From IMG/VR virus record IMGVR_UViG_3300029286_002355, positions 122,120 to 186,119 of that record: 64,000 nucleotides of DNA; one strand, 5' to 3'. A model generated the notes under the pieces. It did no database searches. It saw nothing but the letters and a program-made list of their open reading frames with translations, and had not been told where the DNA came from. Origin of the DNA: a virus. Positions 54,812 to 63,058 of this stretch are shown here, piece after piece. Position numbers and translations under genes: made by a program. Numbering within the stretch: position 1 is the stretch's first letter; each line of letters starts with the position of its first letter.

Positions 54812-55783
54812 TCACCTTGGCAATAGTTTTTCAACTTCTGCAAATATGCCATATCTTTTCGCCAAATTTGTTACTGCATGCAATGAAACATTATATCTTC
54901 TAGATATCCCCCTATATGTCTCATCCAACAGCATTTTTTCAAAATCTTCTTTGGATATATCTAACTTTATTCTCGACAAATGCATACATTTTTGAGAGCA
55001 ATATTTTCTATTTTTCATCGCCCTATTGTCATATACTAAAAATTCCCTATTACACTTTTCACATTGTTTTTCTTTTGGAAAATATTCTTTCAACGTATTT
55101 GTTTGCAAATTATATTTCTTTAATATATACACTACCGACGCTTCTGAACAATTTATCCGCCTACTTATCTCCGCATTTGATAAGCCACTTGAATGCATTT
55201 TTTTTAATTCACAATGATTCACTACCTCTAGCTCCTTATAGGATTTAATCTTATCATCTATATCTTTTTGAAACCTACTCATCTTTTCATTATCAAAATG
55301 TTTTATCGCATGACAATTTTTACATAAAATATCACACTTTTCCAACTCTCTTTCTATTCTCCAGCTTTGCGATGTTATAAATCCATATGCACGTGACAAA
55401 TTAAAATCTTTCAACTCTGTATCCCTATGATGGAAATCTAGACTAGAGATGTTCTTATTATATCCGCATATTTTGCAGCAACTAGTTCCCTTTAATTCTA
55501 AGAACTTTTTCTTAATATCACCATACCTAGTTTTTCCCACAAAATGTATTTCCATATGGCAATTTCTACACAATATAATGCATTTTTTTGTTTCATCTAT
55601 CAATTTAGAAAGTCTGCTTCTGCACAAAAAACTAATACTATGTTCTTTTTCTCCGTTAACATGATGAAAATCCAAACATATTAAATCCTTATTTCCACAT
55701 TTAGAACAACAACCACCATTTTCGTCTAGTAATATTCTCTTCTTTGCATATTTTAACACGAACTTATAATCACTTGTATTCAT
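54812..55783 (-). CDS. Tandem-HNH endonuclease with HTH
   Basis: Two CxxCG...LDFHH...C.ILC.NCH units; paralog of 51252..52211. Confidence 0.75.
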   Translation of the reverse strand: MNTSDYKFVLKYAKKRILLDENGGCCSKCGNKDLICLDFHHVNGEKEHSISFLCRSRLSKLIDETKKCIILCRNCHMEIHFVGKTRYGDIKKKFLELKGTSCCKICGYNKNISSLDFHHRDTELKDFNLSRAYGFITSQSWRIERELEKCDILCKNCHAIKHFDNEKMSRFQKDIDDKIKSYKELEVVNHCELKKMHSSGLSNAEISRRINCSEASVVYILKKYNLQTNTLKEYFPKEKQCEKCNREFLVYDNRAMKNRKYCSQKCMHLSRIKLDISKEDFEKMLLDETYRGISRRYNVSLHAVTNLAKRYGIFAEVEKLLPR

Positions 55784-55887
55784 TCTGTCCCCCTATAACA
55801 TTTACATTCAAACTTGCATAATACTATATTCTACAAATAATTTAAATGTCCTGCATCCAGAGGAACTATTTATTCCCGCAATTGATT

Positions 55888-55924
55888 AAAAAAAAAGGCC
55901 CGTAGATTTTCACCTACGAGCCTT
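55888..55924 (-). terminator. Attenuator terminator (3:4 hairpin + U9)
   Basis: AAGGCUCGUAG-GUGAAAAU-CUACGGGCCUU followed by a U-run. Confidence 0.9.
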
Positions 55925-55945
55925 CTCAAATTCTTAACCTTGATT

Positions 55946-56032
55946 TCAGTATCGGTTCAAGGCAGAGAAAGCCCGTAGGGTTCCCGCACCGGCCCCTGCT
56001 ATTATGGCTATCTCTATCCTCTTGACGAACAT
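55946..56032 (-). CDS. 28-aa attenuator leader peptide MFVKRIEIAIIAGAGAGTLRAFSALNRY
   Basis: Below ORF-track cutoff. AGGAG RBS at 56045-56041; codons 6-17 are ATA GAG ATA GCC ATA ATA GCA GGG GCC GGT GCG GGA. Confidence 0.8.
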   Translation of the reverse strand: MFVKRIEIAIIAGAGAGTLRAFSALNRY

Positions 56033-56089
56033 GTTATTCACTCCTATCGTTACCTATTTCTTTATTATACAGAAAATTCCTTCAAAAAT

Positions 56090-56302
56090 CTAAAATCTTG
56101 GCGTACATTTTGGACATGGACAAGAAATATTATGAATGCATCTTGTGCCGTTCTTCTTAATCCCTGTTCCTACGCAATCCGGGCATCCATCATGCAAGCA
56201 AGGTCGCCATTCAATATCGCTCACGCTCTGAACGTTTTTAAGATGCTCCTCTTGTTGCCGCCTTAATGCTTTTTCGTAACTTTTTCTTTCCAATAAACCC
56301 AT
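56090..56302 (-). CDS. Small Cys/His-rich hypothetical protein
   Basis: CLHDGCPDC.GTG....G..CIH.ISCPCPKC. Confidence 0.65.
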   Translation of the reverse strand: MGLLERKSYEKALRRQQEEHLKNVQSVSDIEWRPCLHDGCPDCVGTGIKKNGTRCIHNISCPCPKCTPRF

Positions 56303-56376
56303 AGACTCCTTTTCTTATTGTTTACGCAGATCATAACATAATTGAAAAATAAAGCAAGAACTATTTTCAATTATTT

Positions 56377-57189
56377 TTAAAGATTGGCGGCTCCATCAGT
56401 ACCAACTAATAATGGTTGTATGAAACTTGAATCTATATATTTTATCGTAAAAGCAGTGGTTATTCTTGCCAAATGAGGATTGAGTTTTTTATAAACATAT
56501 TCTACTATTTCTCTTGAAGGCATACCATAATAAGCCTGAGCAATACCACCAGTAATGCAAGCGATAGTATCCACATCTCCTCCCATAGCAATAGATTTTC
56601 GTATGGCGTTTTCGTAGTTATCGGTTTCGGTAAATATAGCCATACATCTAGGAATAGCAGCTTGGCATGTTTCATCAAATGTTCTATCAAAATCTTCTGT
56701 TTTTCTAGCCAAGTCATATCCAAGAGTTTCAATAGCTTCTCTTATGGTTTGCTTGCTTGATCCTATTCTAGCCATATAAACAGCTAAGGAAGCGGCTTGG
56801 GCTCCCTTAATTCCCTCCCGATGGTCATGCGTACACTCTGCACTTCTTTTAGCCTCTTCTAATACATGTTCAACGCTATTACAAGCCCAACCAATAGGAG
56901 AAGCCCTCATAGCAGAACCATTACCAAAGCTATTATAGGGGGTTAAGCTTCCAGATTTAACCATTTGAAGGAAGTGACCACCATAGCCTCTATTTGGAAA
57001 AGCTTTGGCATAATCGTAATAATATTTACCATATTCTGCTCCATCTAGTATAACATCGGCTGTCGCTACCGTAAGTATTGAATCGTCTGTATAGGTAGCC
57101 TTTTCGTTAAATAGAGGGAAGTCTTCATTTGATATATTATTAAATTCATATCGAGATCCGCAAATGTCTGCAAATATTGAACCAATCAT
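56377..57189 (-). CDS. ADP-ribosylglycohydrolase (DraG/ARH family)
   Basis: GSI.AD..GS.YEF, TDDS, SFGNGSAMRASP, THDH.EG, GGDVDT. Confidence 0.9.
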   Translation of the reverse strand: MIGSIFADICGSRYEFNNISNEDFPLFNEKATYTDDSILTVATADVILDGAEYGKYYYDYAKAFPNRGYGGHFLQMVKSGSLTPYNSFGNGSAMRASPIGWACNSVEHVLEEAKRSAECTHDHREGIKGAQAASLAVYMARIGSSKQTIREAIETLGYDLARKTEDFDRTFDETCQAAIPRCMAIFTETDNYENAIRKSIAMGGDVDTIACITGGIAQAYYGMPSREIVEYVYKKLNPHLARITTAFTIKYIDSSFIQPLLVGTDGAANL

Positions 57190-57205
57190 AAATTCCCCCG
57201 CAACG

Positions 57206-57874
57206 TTACCTGAATTTACCTTGGGTAGTTGGGCCAGTAGAAGATGGTTTGATTATATCGGGAGAATCCAATACCATAATACTATTATCGAGTCCGTCCA
57301 AACATTCCATCAATATATTTTCACTAATTTCCAATCTTTTAGGGATACCTCGCCAAAGGCCCATAAAGCTTCTATCAACATCTCTTGGCGAAGATTCAGT
57401 TTCGGCAAGCGGTGCTTCTTTGTCTATGTTTAATCTTTTTACGAAAAGAACCAAATCATTTATAGAATTCTCGAATCTTATTGCGTTGTCACATAAAAGT
57501 CCGGTATAAGTTGATGAAGAGCTAGGAGCCTGCTCTTTTTTGCATCTTTTCATTTCTGCGCCTATTCCATACAAACTAGTGTCTATTAGAGATCTGATTT
57601 TATCTATGGATTCCGCTCTTGTATCAAACCATATTGCTAGGTCATGCCATATCGAATTAAAAGAAGGGGTAGCAACTTTTACATTTACATCAGATTTTTC
57701 TCCCACTACACCTTGAGGATTGTCTTGCGGATCGATCCCTATTTGTCTCATAAATGCATTAATATTTTTAATAGCCCTATCGCAATTGTCTACATGCTTA
57801 TTGGTAATAGAAACCATATCTTCTTTTTCTTTCGCCGCATTCCCATTGTCTGAATAATTTCCTGTAATAGCCAT
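57206..57874 (-). CDS. Hypothetical protein with internal duplication
   Basis: Two related helical units (..AIKNINAFMRQIGID...SFNSIW and ..FENSINDLVLFVKRLNID...SFMGLW). Confidence 0.6.
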   Translation of the reverse strand: MAITGNYSDNGNAAKEKEDMVSITNKHVDNCDRAIKNINAFMRQIGIDPQDNPQGVVGEKSDVNVKVATPSFNSIWHDLAIWFDTRAESIDKIRSLIDTSLYGIGAEMKRCKKEQAPSSSSTYTGLLCDNAIRFENSINDLVLFVKRLNIDKEAPLAETESSPRDVDRSFMGLWRGIPKRLEISENILMECLDGLDNSIMVLDSPDIIKPSSTGPTTQGKFR

Positions 57875-57877
57875 AAT

Positions 57878-58453
57878 TTACTCCTTTTCTTTTGTTTCAA
57901 TAATTTCAGCACCTAGATCTAGTTTAATTTTATCCATGGCTCTTTTAATATTTTCTGGATTGGGCATATCTATCTTTCCCAATCCGTTTTCTCCACCTGC
58001 CCCAAAATTAGGAGGATCAGGATGAAGTAGAGTTATATTCTGATTTTCATCTAAGGGATCTGTATCATCTTTATTTTGGAATTGATACGCACCTTGGTCA
58101 AGTATTTTTATATCGTTGGCCGGTGTTCTTCCTCTTTTAATCATAGGCTGAGGAGGTTGTACTAATTTTAAATCAACTTTAGATCTTTGAACATTCCCTG
58201 AGCTACCCCTACCCGAAGAGCCCAAAGTATCTTTTCTCATATCATTAACAATCTCATAAAAATATTGCAGGCTACCCAATAGATAACGATATCCGCCGTG
58301 CCATTCGTGAATATCCATTACGCTGTCATCAGAATCTACTCTATTTCCAAAAAAGAAATATTCCAGAACATTCGTATAAATAATTTCATCCAATCCTTTG
58401 TCTAGAAATTTCTTTTTTTCTTCTGCAGTTTCGGGTGTAATTGTTATCTTCAT
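57878..58453 (-). CDS. Hypothetical protein
   Basis: AAGGAG RBS, coupled to the upstream GT-like gene. Confidence 0.6.
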   Translation of the reverse strand: MKITITPETAEEKKKFLDKGLDEIIYTNVLEYFFFGNRVDSDDSVMDIHEWHGGYRYLLGSLQYFYEIVNDMRKDTLGSSGRGSSGNVQRSKVDLKLVQPPQPMIKRGRTPANDIKILDQGAYQFQNKDDTDPLDENQNITLLHPDPPNFGAGGENGLGKIDMPNPENIKRAMDKIKLDLGAEIIETKEKE

Positions 58454-59376
58454 TTTTCTCCTTTTATTCCTAGTCTTTCATTCGTTATTTGCAAGAACGT
58501 TTTGACCAAACCGGACGTGGACGCATTATCCAAATACCATTGAAAGGCATTATTAGCCATTTCCCCAGTATTATACATTGAATCAAGTTTAGATATATCG
58601 GTTTTTTCATCAATAAATATGTAGTGTTTTCCGGGGATCAAAGGGTTATAGTAATAGGGCCTGTAATTCAATAGAAGTGGTTTTTTCAAAATCATATAAT
58701 CCATTTCCCTGCGATTTTTGGTATCGGAAAAAAGACTACCTCTACCTCCCAAAACCAGTCCATATTTGCTACTCTTCATTTTCTTAATATACTCATCGTC
58801 ATTAATGGGCTTTCCACGGCGCAATTCTTGATTACTGTCCATATACTCTATACCCTGAGCGACAAGAGAAGTTTTGATTCCACTTCTGCTCTTCCATCCT
58901 TTCCCGCAGAAGAAACATAATCTTTCTATAGGAGCAGATTCAATTTGATCTTCTTTCCCCACAAATTGGCAAATCATACGACTGGGAAAAAAAGACCAAG
59001 GAACCACTTTGCCAAGGAATATCTTACGTTGTTCTTCGGTCTTGTTTTTAAATATCCCTTTTCTATTACAGCAGCTATTAAAATATGCCATGTCCATCTT
59101 TCTTGCCTGAAGTTTAATAATCAAGTCAAAATTGGCATCTAAAACCGGGTCAGTATATGTAGGTGCAGGATATTCCCAAAAATCCAAAAAAATACGTTTT
59201 CCTTCTAAAAGCAATATAGTGGCTCTTTCTGTCCTTAAGGTATTTATAGATTCTTCGTGAGCATAAATATCAAACAAACCGCTATTCCTCAGAGCGGACA
59301 AATAGATATCCATTCCCAAGGTGCCGGAACCATTAGCCAAACGATTCTTATTAATTCCTAATCGAAGTTTATCCAT
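58450..59376 (-). CDS. Glycosyltransferase-like protein (GT-B type)
   Basis: FFCGK....R, EYIKKMKSSKYGL...G, NRREMDYM....PLL, LIPGKHYI. Confidence 0.6.
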   Translation of the reverse strand: MDKLRLGINKNRLANGSGTLGMDIYLSALRNSGLFDIYAHEESINTLRTERATILLLEGKRIFLDFWEYPAPTYTDPVLDANFDLIIKLQARKMDMAYFNSCCNRKGIFKNKTEEQRKIFLGKVVPWSFFPSRMICQFVGKEDQIESAPIERLCFFCGKGWKSRSGIKTSLVAQGIEYMDSNQELRRGKPINDDEYIKKMKSSKYGLVLGGRGSLFSDTKNRREMDYMILKKPLLLNYRPYYYNPLIPGKHYIFIDEKTDISKLDSMYNTGEMANNAFQWYLDNASTSGLVKTFLQITNERLGIKGEK

Positions 59377-59378
59377 TT

Positions 59379-61685
59379 TTATAGCCCGTTATCTTCTATA
59401 GTAATATTCTTATTGGATGGTGGGATATTATCAACTGGAGGTTTGGATAATTTTGACGAATCATCGGAAATTGCTCCACGGGGAATATTTTTGGCAATTT
59501 TTGGGGGAACCGATATAGCATTTGAATTTTTAGGTATTAAGGTTGCTTGGTTTTCTAATGGTTTTTGTGGTAACTGAACCGTTTGCCAAGGAGATACTTT
59601 CCCAACTACCTGCCTTATCGGAAGCTTTGGAATTGGATTAGGAGTAATTACTTTAGGCATAGATGGCATAGATGGTATAGGATTTAAAATCGGAGTAGAA
59701 GGAACAGTTTTTGGTTTATCCATTTTTGGAGCCATAGGAATAATTGGAGCCCTTACTTGTTGCGGCGGTTTGGGAACTATGATGGGACTAGGTTTGTTCA
59801 TCGTCTTTGCCATAGGAGTAAAAATATTTGTTAAATGGGCTTTTTGCGACTTATCAGGCTCTTCTTTCCACTTCTTCTTTTCTTCGGGTTTAGAATACAT
59901 ACCCCATGTTCTCTCGTTTTCTACATCACCTAAATTTAACATAGCTTCTGAAATAGCTTCTTCGAAAGAGACAAAAGGAAATACTTTTAGTTCACTTTCT
60001 GGATTGCAGTTATAGACTTCGAACTTTTCTGCTTCAAAAACAGGTTTCAATCTAGGCAAATATTCTTCCTTTAAATGATCATAGGTATTCATATTGCATT
60101 TGACTGCCCCCTTGCTTCGCTGTTCATCAAAATGGTAAGTATAGGTTTCTGACATTTTCATATCACAACCTAAAAGATAAACTTTTCTGAAACCTAGCAA
60201 ATGAAGTATTTTGAGTGCGGGTAACATAACCGATCTACCCCCACCTTTTTCAGCACTATTTCCCCAATTTATAGAAGATTCCACAAGAAATGATTCCGCA
60301 TTAAAAACATCATTTCTCATATAACCTACCACATTAGGACAATCTCTTACATAAGTATTAACCATCTCCCATTTTTCATTATCAAATATCAACTTATCAA
60401 AATGAGATTGGGGAACAAATTTCATTATTTTTGGATCTAACCATATAGATTTAAGAAATCGAGCAGGATCGTCTACACTTGTCCAAAAATTAGGTCGGAA
60501 CGTTTTAGCCCCATTGTTAACACCAAAAGTCATGATTCCGGGTAAATTAAGACGCTTATGATCGAGTGTTGCAAAACTAGGCCCATTGCAGATTAAAAAC
60601 GCAGATCTTCCTTTATAGAGACCTTCCAATGCTAAAAAAGCCCTGTCATTGGTGAAGAAATGAGGGACTATTTGATGATATTCTTTTTCTGTAGTATAAC
60701 CATGGTGTCTGTCTCTAGGATGTCTAAAAGCACTATCATCTCTCCTGTCCCCAATAACATCTCTTTTACTATCGTCAACTTTTACGTTCGGTTTATCTTT
60801 TTTATAAAGAACCACATTCCCGCTCAAATATTCTTTTAATCTTTTGTCGGCATAAGGTAAAAACGAATTGATATTGGAAATATTACTTTTCCTCATTCCT
60901 TCAAAAGTATCTTTCCATATTTTACAATTTTGTATATCAGAAATACAGTGCTTATTGCCACAAAAATGATAAACTGTTGGATTTTCGTAAACCGCATCAT
61001 CTAGAACATAAATATTATAGTTGCCAGACATTATTCCTATTTTCAATCCCCATCTATCTATGCTGGGATAAAGAACAGAAAAAGCAACTTCCTCAGGAAT
61101 ATATGATTTTATTTCAACGCCTATTTTAGCCAACTGAATCCATGTTTCCGCAAAACTCTTCCATTGCTCTGATTTTTTGAATGCTATAACGCCCGTATTA
61201 ATAGATGGGTGATTATTTAATGCTTCTTGGATAAAATCATTTTCTATATGGCCCTGAAATTTTTTAATTCTGCCAGAGCATAGATTTTCTTTTCCCTGAG
61301 TTGTATATTTATTCCAAAAATGAGGAATACAAACATCAACTTCGCTCAAAGCATTAAACATTTCATCTATCTTATCTACTACCACAATATCTAAATCAAG
61401 CCAGAGGTTTTTATCATAAGGCGGATTGTTGAAAAGATAATTTTTTTTGATAAAGACATCTTCCTTGGATTCCGGAAGATGAATCACATTGCAGCCAAAA
61501 TCAGTTAGAACTTTTTCGAACTCTGGTAAACAGGGATCTTCAACATAGAAAGTAATGGGGCCACTATAATGTTTTCTAAGACTATAAAGCGCAACTATAG
61601 CCCGAATGATCATTTCAGTACCGCAATTAAACATTATGATTCCATGAGTTTCTGCCATAATATCTCCTTGATTATTACAATTCAT
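59379..61685 (-). CDS. Multidomain glycosyltransferase: GT8-like + Maf/MptE-like domain + Pro-rich tail (start probably MAETHG)
   Basis: LWLDLD, INTGV, EE.AF, YHF; second domain AFLICNGPSF...GVNN...VD...LGFRKVYLLGCD. Confidence 0.65.
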   Translation of the reverse strand: MNCNNQGDIMAETHGIIMFNCGTEMIIRAIVALYSLRKHYSGPITFYVEDPCLPEFEKVLTDFGCNVIHLPESKEDVFIKKNYLFNNPPYDKNLWLDLDIVVVDKIDEMFNALSEVDVCIPHFWNKYTTQGKENLCSGRIKKFQGHIENDFIQEALNNHPSINTGVIAFKKSEQWKSFAETWIQLAKIGVEIKSYIPEEVAFSVLYPSIDRWGLKIGIMSGNYNIYVLDDAVYENPTVYHFCGNKHCISDIQNCKIWKDTFEGMRKSNISNINSFLPYADKRLKEYLSGNVVLYKKDKPNVKVDDSKRDVIGDRRDDSAFRHPRDRHHGYTTEKEYHQIVPHFFTNDRAFLALEGLYKGRSAFLICNGPSFATLDHKRLNLPGIMTFGVNNGAKTFRPNFWTSVDDPARFLKSIWLDPKIMKFVPQSHFDKLIFDNEKWEMVNTYVRDCPNVVGYMRNDVFNAESFLVESSINWGNSAEKGGGRSVMLPALKILHLLGFRKVYLLGCDMKMSETYTYHFDEQRSKGAVKCNMNTYDHLKEEYLPRLKPVFEAEKFEVYNCNPESELKVFPFVSFEEAISEAMLNLGDVENERTWGMYSKPEEKKKWKEEPDKSQKAHLTNIFTPMAKTMNKPSPIIVPKPPQQVRAPIIPMAPKMDKPKTVPSTPILNPIPSMPSMPKVITPNPIPKLPIRQVVGKVSPWQTVQLPQKPLENQATLIPKNSNAISVPPKIAKNIPRGAISDDSSKLSKPPVDNIPPSNKNITIEDNGL

Positions 61686-61707
61686 AACTATTATACAAAT
61701 TATAACA

Positions 61708-62859
61708 TTATTTTTCCCACTCTCTTACTTTCCTAATCTTATCTTTAGAAAGCGTTATTATTTCAAACATAAAGTTGGCGTGTAACTTTCCTTCAACAAA
61801 ATTCTTCTTGTATAAAATCTTTTCGTAATAATTTTTCCACCATCGGCAATTAGTCTCGTTATAAGACGTTACTTCAACATATGTGTTTTTATCAACTAAA
61901 TAAAAATCATACCTTATTTTTAAATCGGCTCCGGGATATATTTGATCGTGTAAATATTTAACATTATTTTCTTCAAGAAAAATACAATAATACGCTTCAG
62001 CTTTAGAACTGCAAAATATCCCATTTTTCAAATATATTTTACGACAATATGGACAGCCATTTCCAATAGTCCGCATATGTGGCGTAGCTTTCCACTCATG
62101 ACCGTTATGACATTCCCACCAAACCTCTTTGCCGCTTCTAGGTAATATTTTTTTCGGATCTATATTTAAGTTTTTATTATAATTCCATTCCTTAATAAGT
62201 TCTGGGTTTTTTAAAACTATATTATTGTCTTTAGTAGCACAACGTCCTGAGCAATATGGGCAACCATTGCCTTCAACCCTATGACCAATTGTAGTTCTCC
62301 ATTCATGTTCTTTGTTATTTAAGCAAATCCAATTAAAAATTTTCCCAGAAGAAACAGAAACCTTAAAAGGGTCTTCGTTTTTTTCCCAGTTCCATTCTTT
62401 CAATAGCTCTGGCCGACTCATTGCAAAGCTATTTTGCAATAACGTGTACAAACCACTACAATATGGACACCCCGTATGTGAATATATCCTATCTCTGGGA
62501 GTTGCTGCCCATTGATGCAAATTATTCTTTTTACATTTCCAAAATACATGCTCTTTAGATGACTTGCAAATATTTTTTGGATTTAATGTGTTTTTATTCC
62601 AGTCCCATTCTTCCATCAACTCGGAACAAGAAAAAAATAAATTATCACACTCAGGACATTTACCGATACCATAACTTCTATTATATATTGGAGCCTGCCA
62701 ATTATGTCCATTTTTACATTTCCACCATACTTTCTTCCCGCTACCACATGATACTTGTGATGGTAATAACGGATAGTTTTTATTATAGTCCCATTCTTCG
62801 CATAAATCAGAATGGAGATCCATAAAGGAATTAGGTTTATTTACCTTTACCATTATCAA
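61708..62859 (-). CDS. Zinc-ribbon-repeat endonuclease-like protein, paralog of 676..1992
   Basis: EWD/N..KN...P...S.K.VWW.C..GH.W repeats, GCPYC, RYDFY...YVEV. Confidence 0.7.
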   Translation of the reverse strand: MIMVKVNKPNSFMDLHSDLCEEWDYNKNYPLLPSQVSCGSGKKVWWKCKNGHNWQAPIYNRSYGIGKCPECDNLFFSCSELMEEWDWNKNTLNPKNICKSSKEHVFWKCKKNNLHQWAATPRDRIYSHTGCPYCSGLYTLLQNSFAMSRPELLKEWNWEKNEDPFKVSVSSGKIFNWICLNNKEHEWRTTIGHRVEGNGCPYCSGRCATKDNNIVLKNPELIKEWNYNKNLNIDPKKILPRSGKEVWWECHNGHEWKATPHMRTIGNGCPYCRKIYLKNGIFCSSKAEAYYCIFLEENNVKYLHDQIYPGADLKIRYDFYLVDKNTYVEVTSYNETNCRWWKNYYEKILYKKNFVEGKLHANFMFEIITLSKDKIRKVREWEK

Positions 62860-63004
62860 ATTCCTTCATTTTATTATAGTATTCTCGTATAAATAACCGG
62901 AAAGCCATAGAAAGATTAACAGCATACTTATTTTTAAGTTCTAAAATAAGGTTGTGTTCCTCTTGTGTTATTTTGGTATTAAAATTATATGTTTTTGTTT
63001 TCAT
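62837..63004 (-). CDS. Small RHH-like protein (55 aa)
   Basis: Hand translation MKTKTYNFNTKITQEEHNLILELKNKYAVNLSMAFRLFIREYYNKMKEFDNGKGK*; overlaps the start of the nuclease gene. Confidence 0.55.
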   Translation of the reverse strand: MKTKTYNFNTKITQEEHNLILELKNKYAVNLSMAFRLFIREYYNKMKEFDNGKGK

Positions 63005-63058
63005 ATCTTATATATTCTTTATTTTTAATGTAAATCCTTCTTTTTTCTTAATTTTATA

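Larger units (their letters stand above)
55888..56071 (-). promoter_or_regulatory. Leader-peptide transcription attenuator upstream of the tRNA cluster
   Basis: TGTATAAT promoter at 56064-56071, leader ORF, mutually exclusive 1:2, 2:3 (15 bp) and 3:4 helices. Confidence 0.8.
662..61697. promoter_or_regulatory. Dispersed TGTATAAT promoter motif (about 19 intergenic copies)
   Basis: Minus: 662, 6282, 7142, 11729, 13660, 17913, 32130, 35341, 36952, 41303, 47186, 47887, 51223, 53771, 56064, 61690; plus: 20065, 20721, 26753, 41275. Oriented toward downstream gene starts. Confidence 0.75.

Noticed and set aside
55888-56071. T-box riboswitch interpretation of the leader
   Set aside because: No GGUGGNACC T-box or stem I features; the RBS, leader ORF and 1:2/2:3/3:4 helices explain it better.
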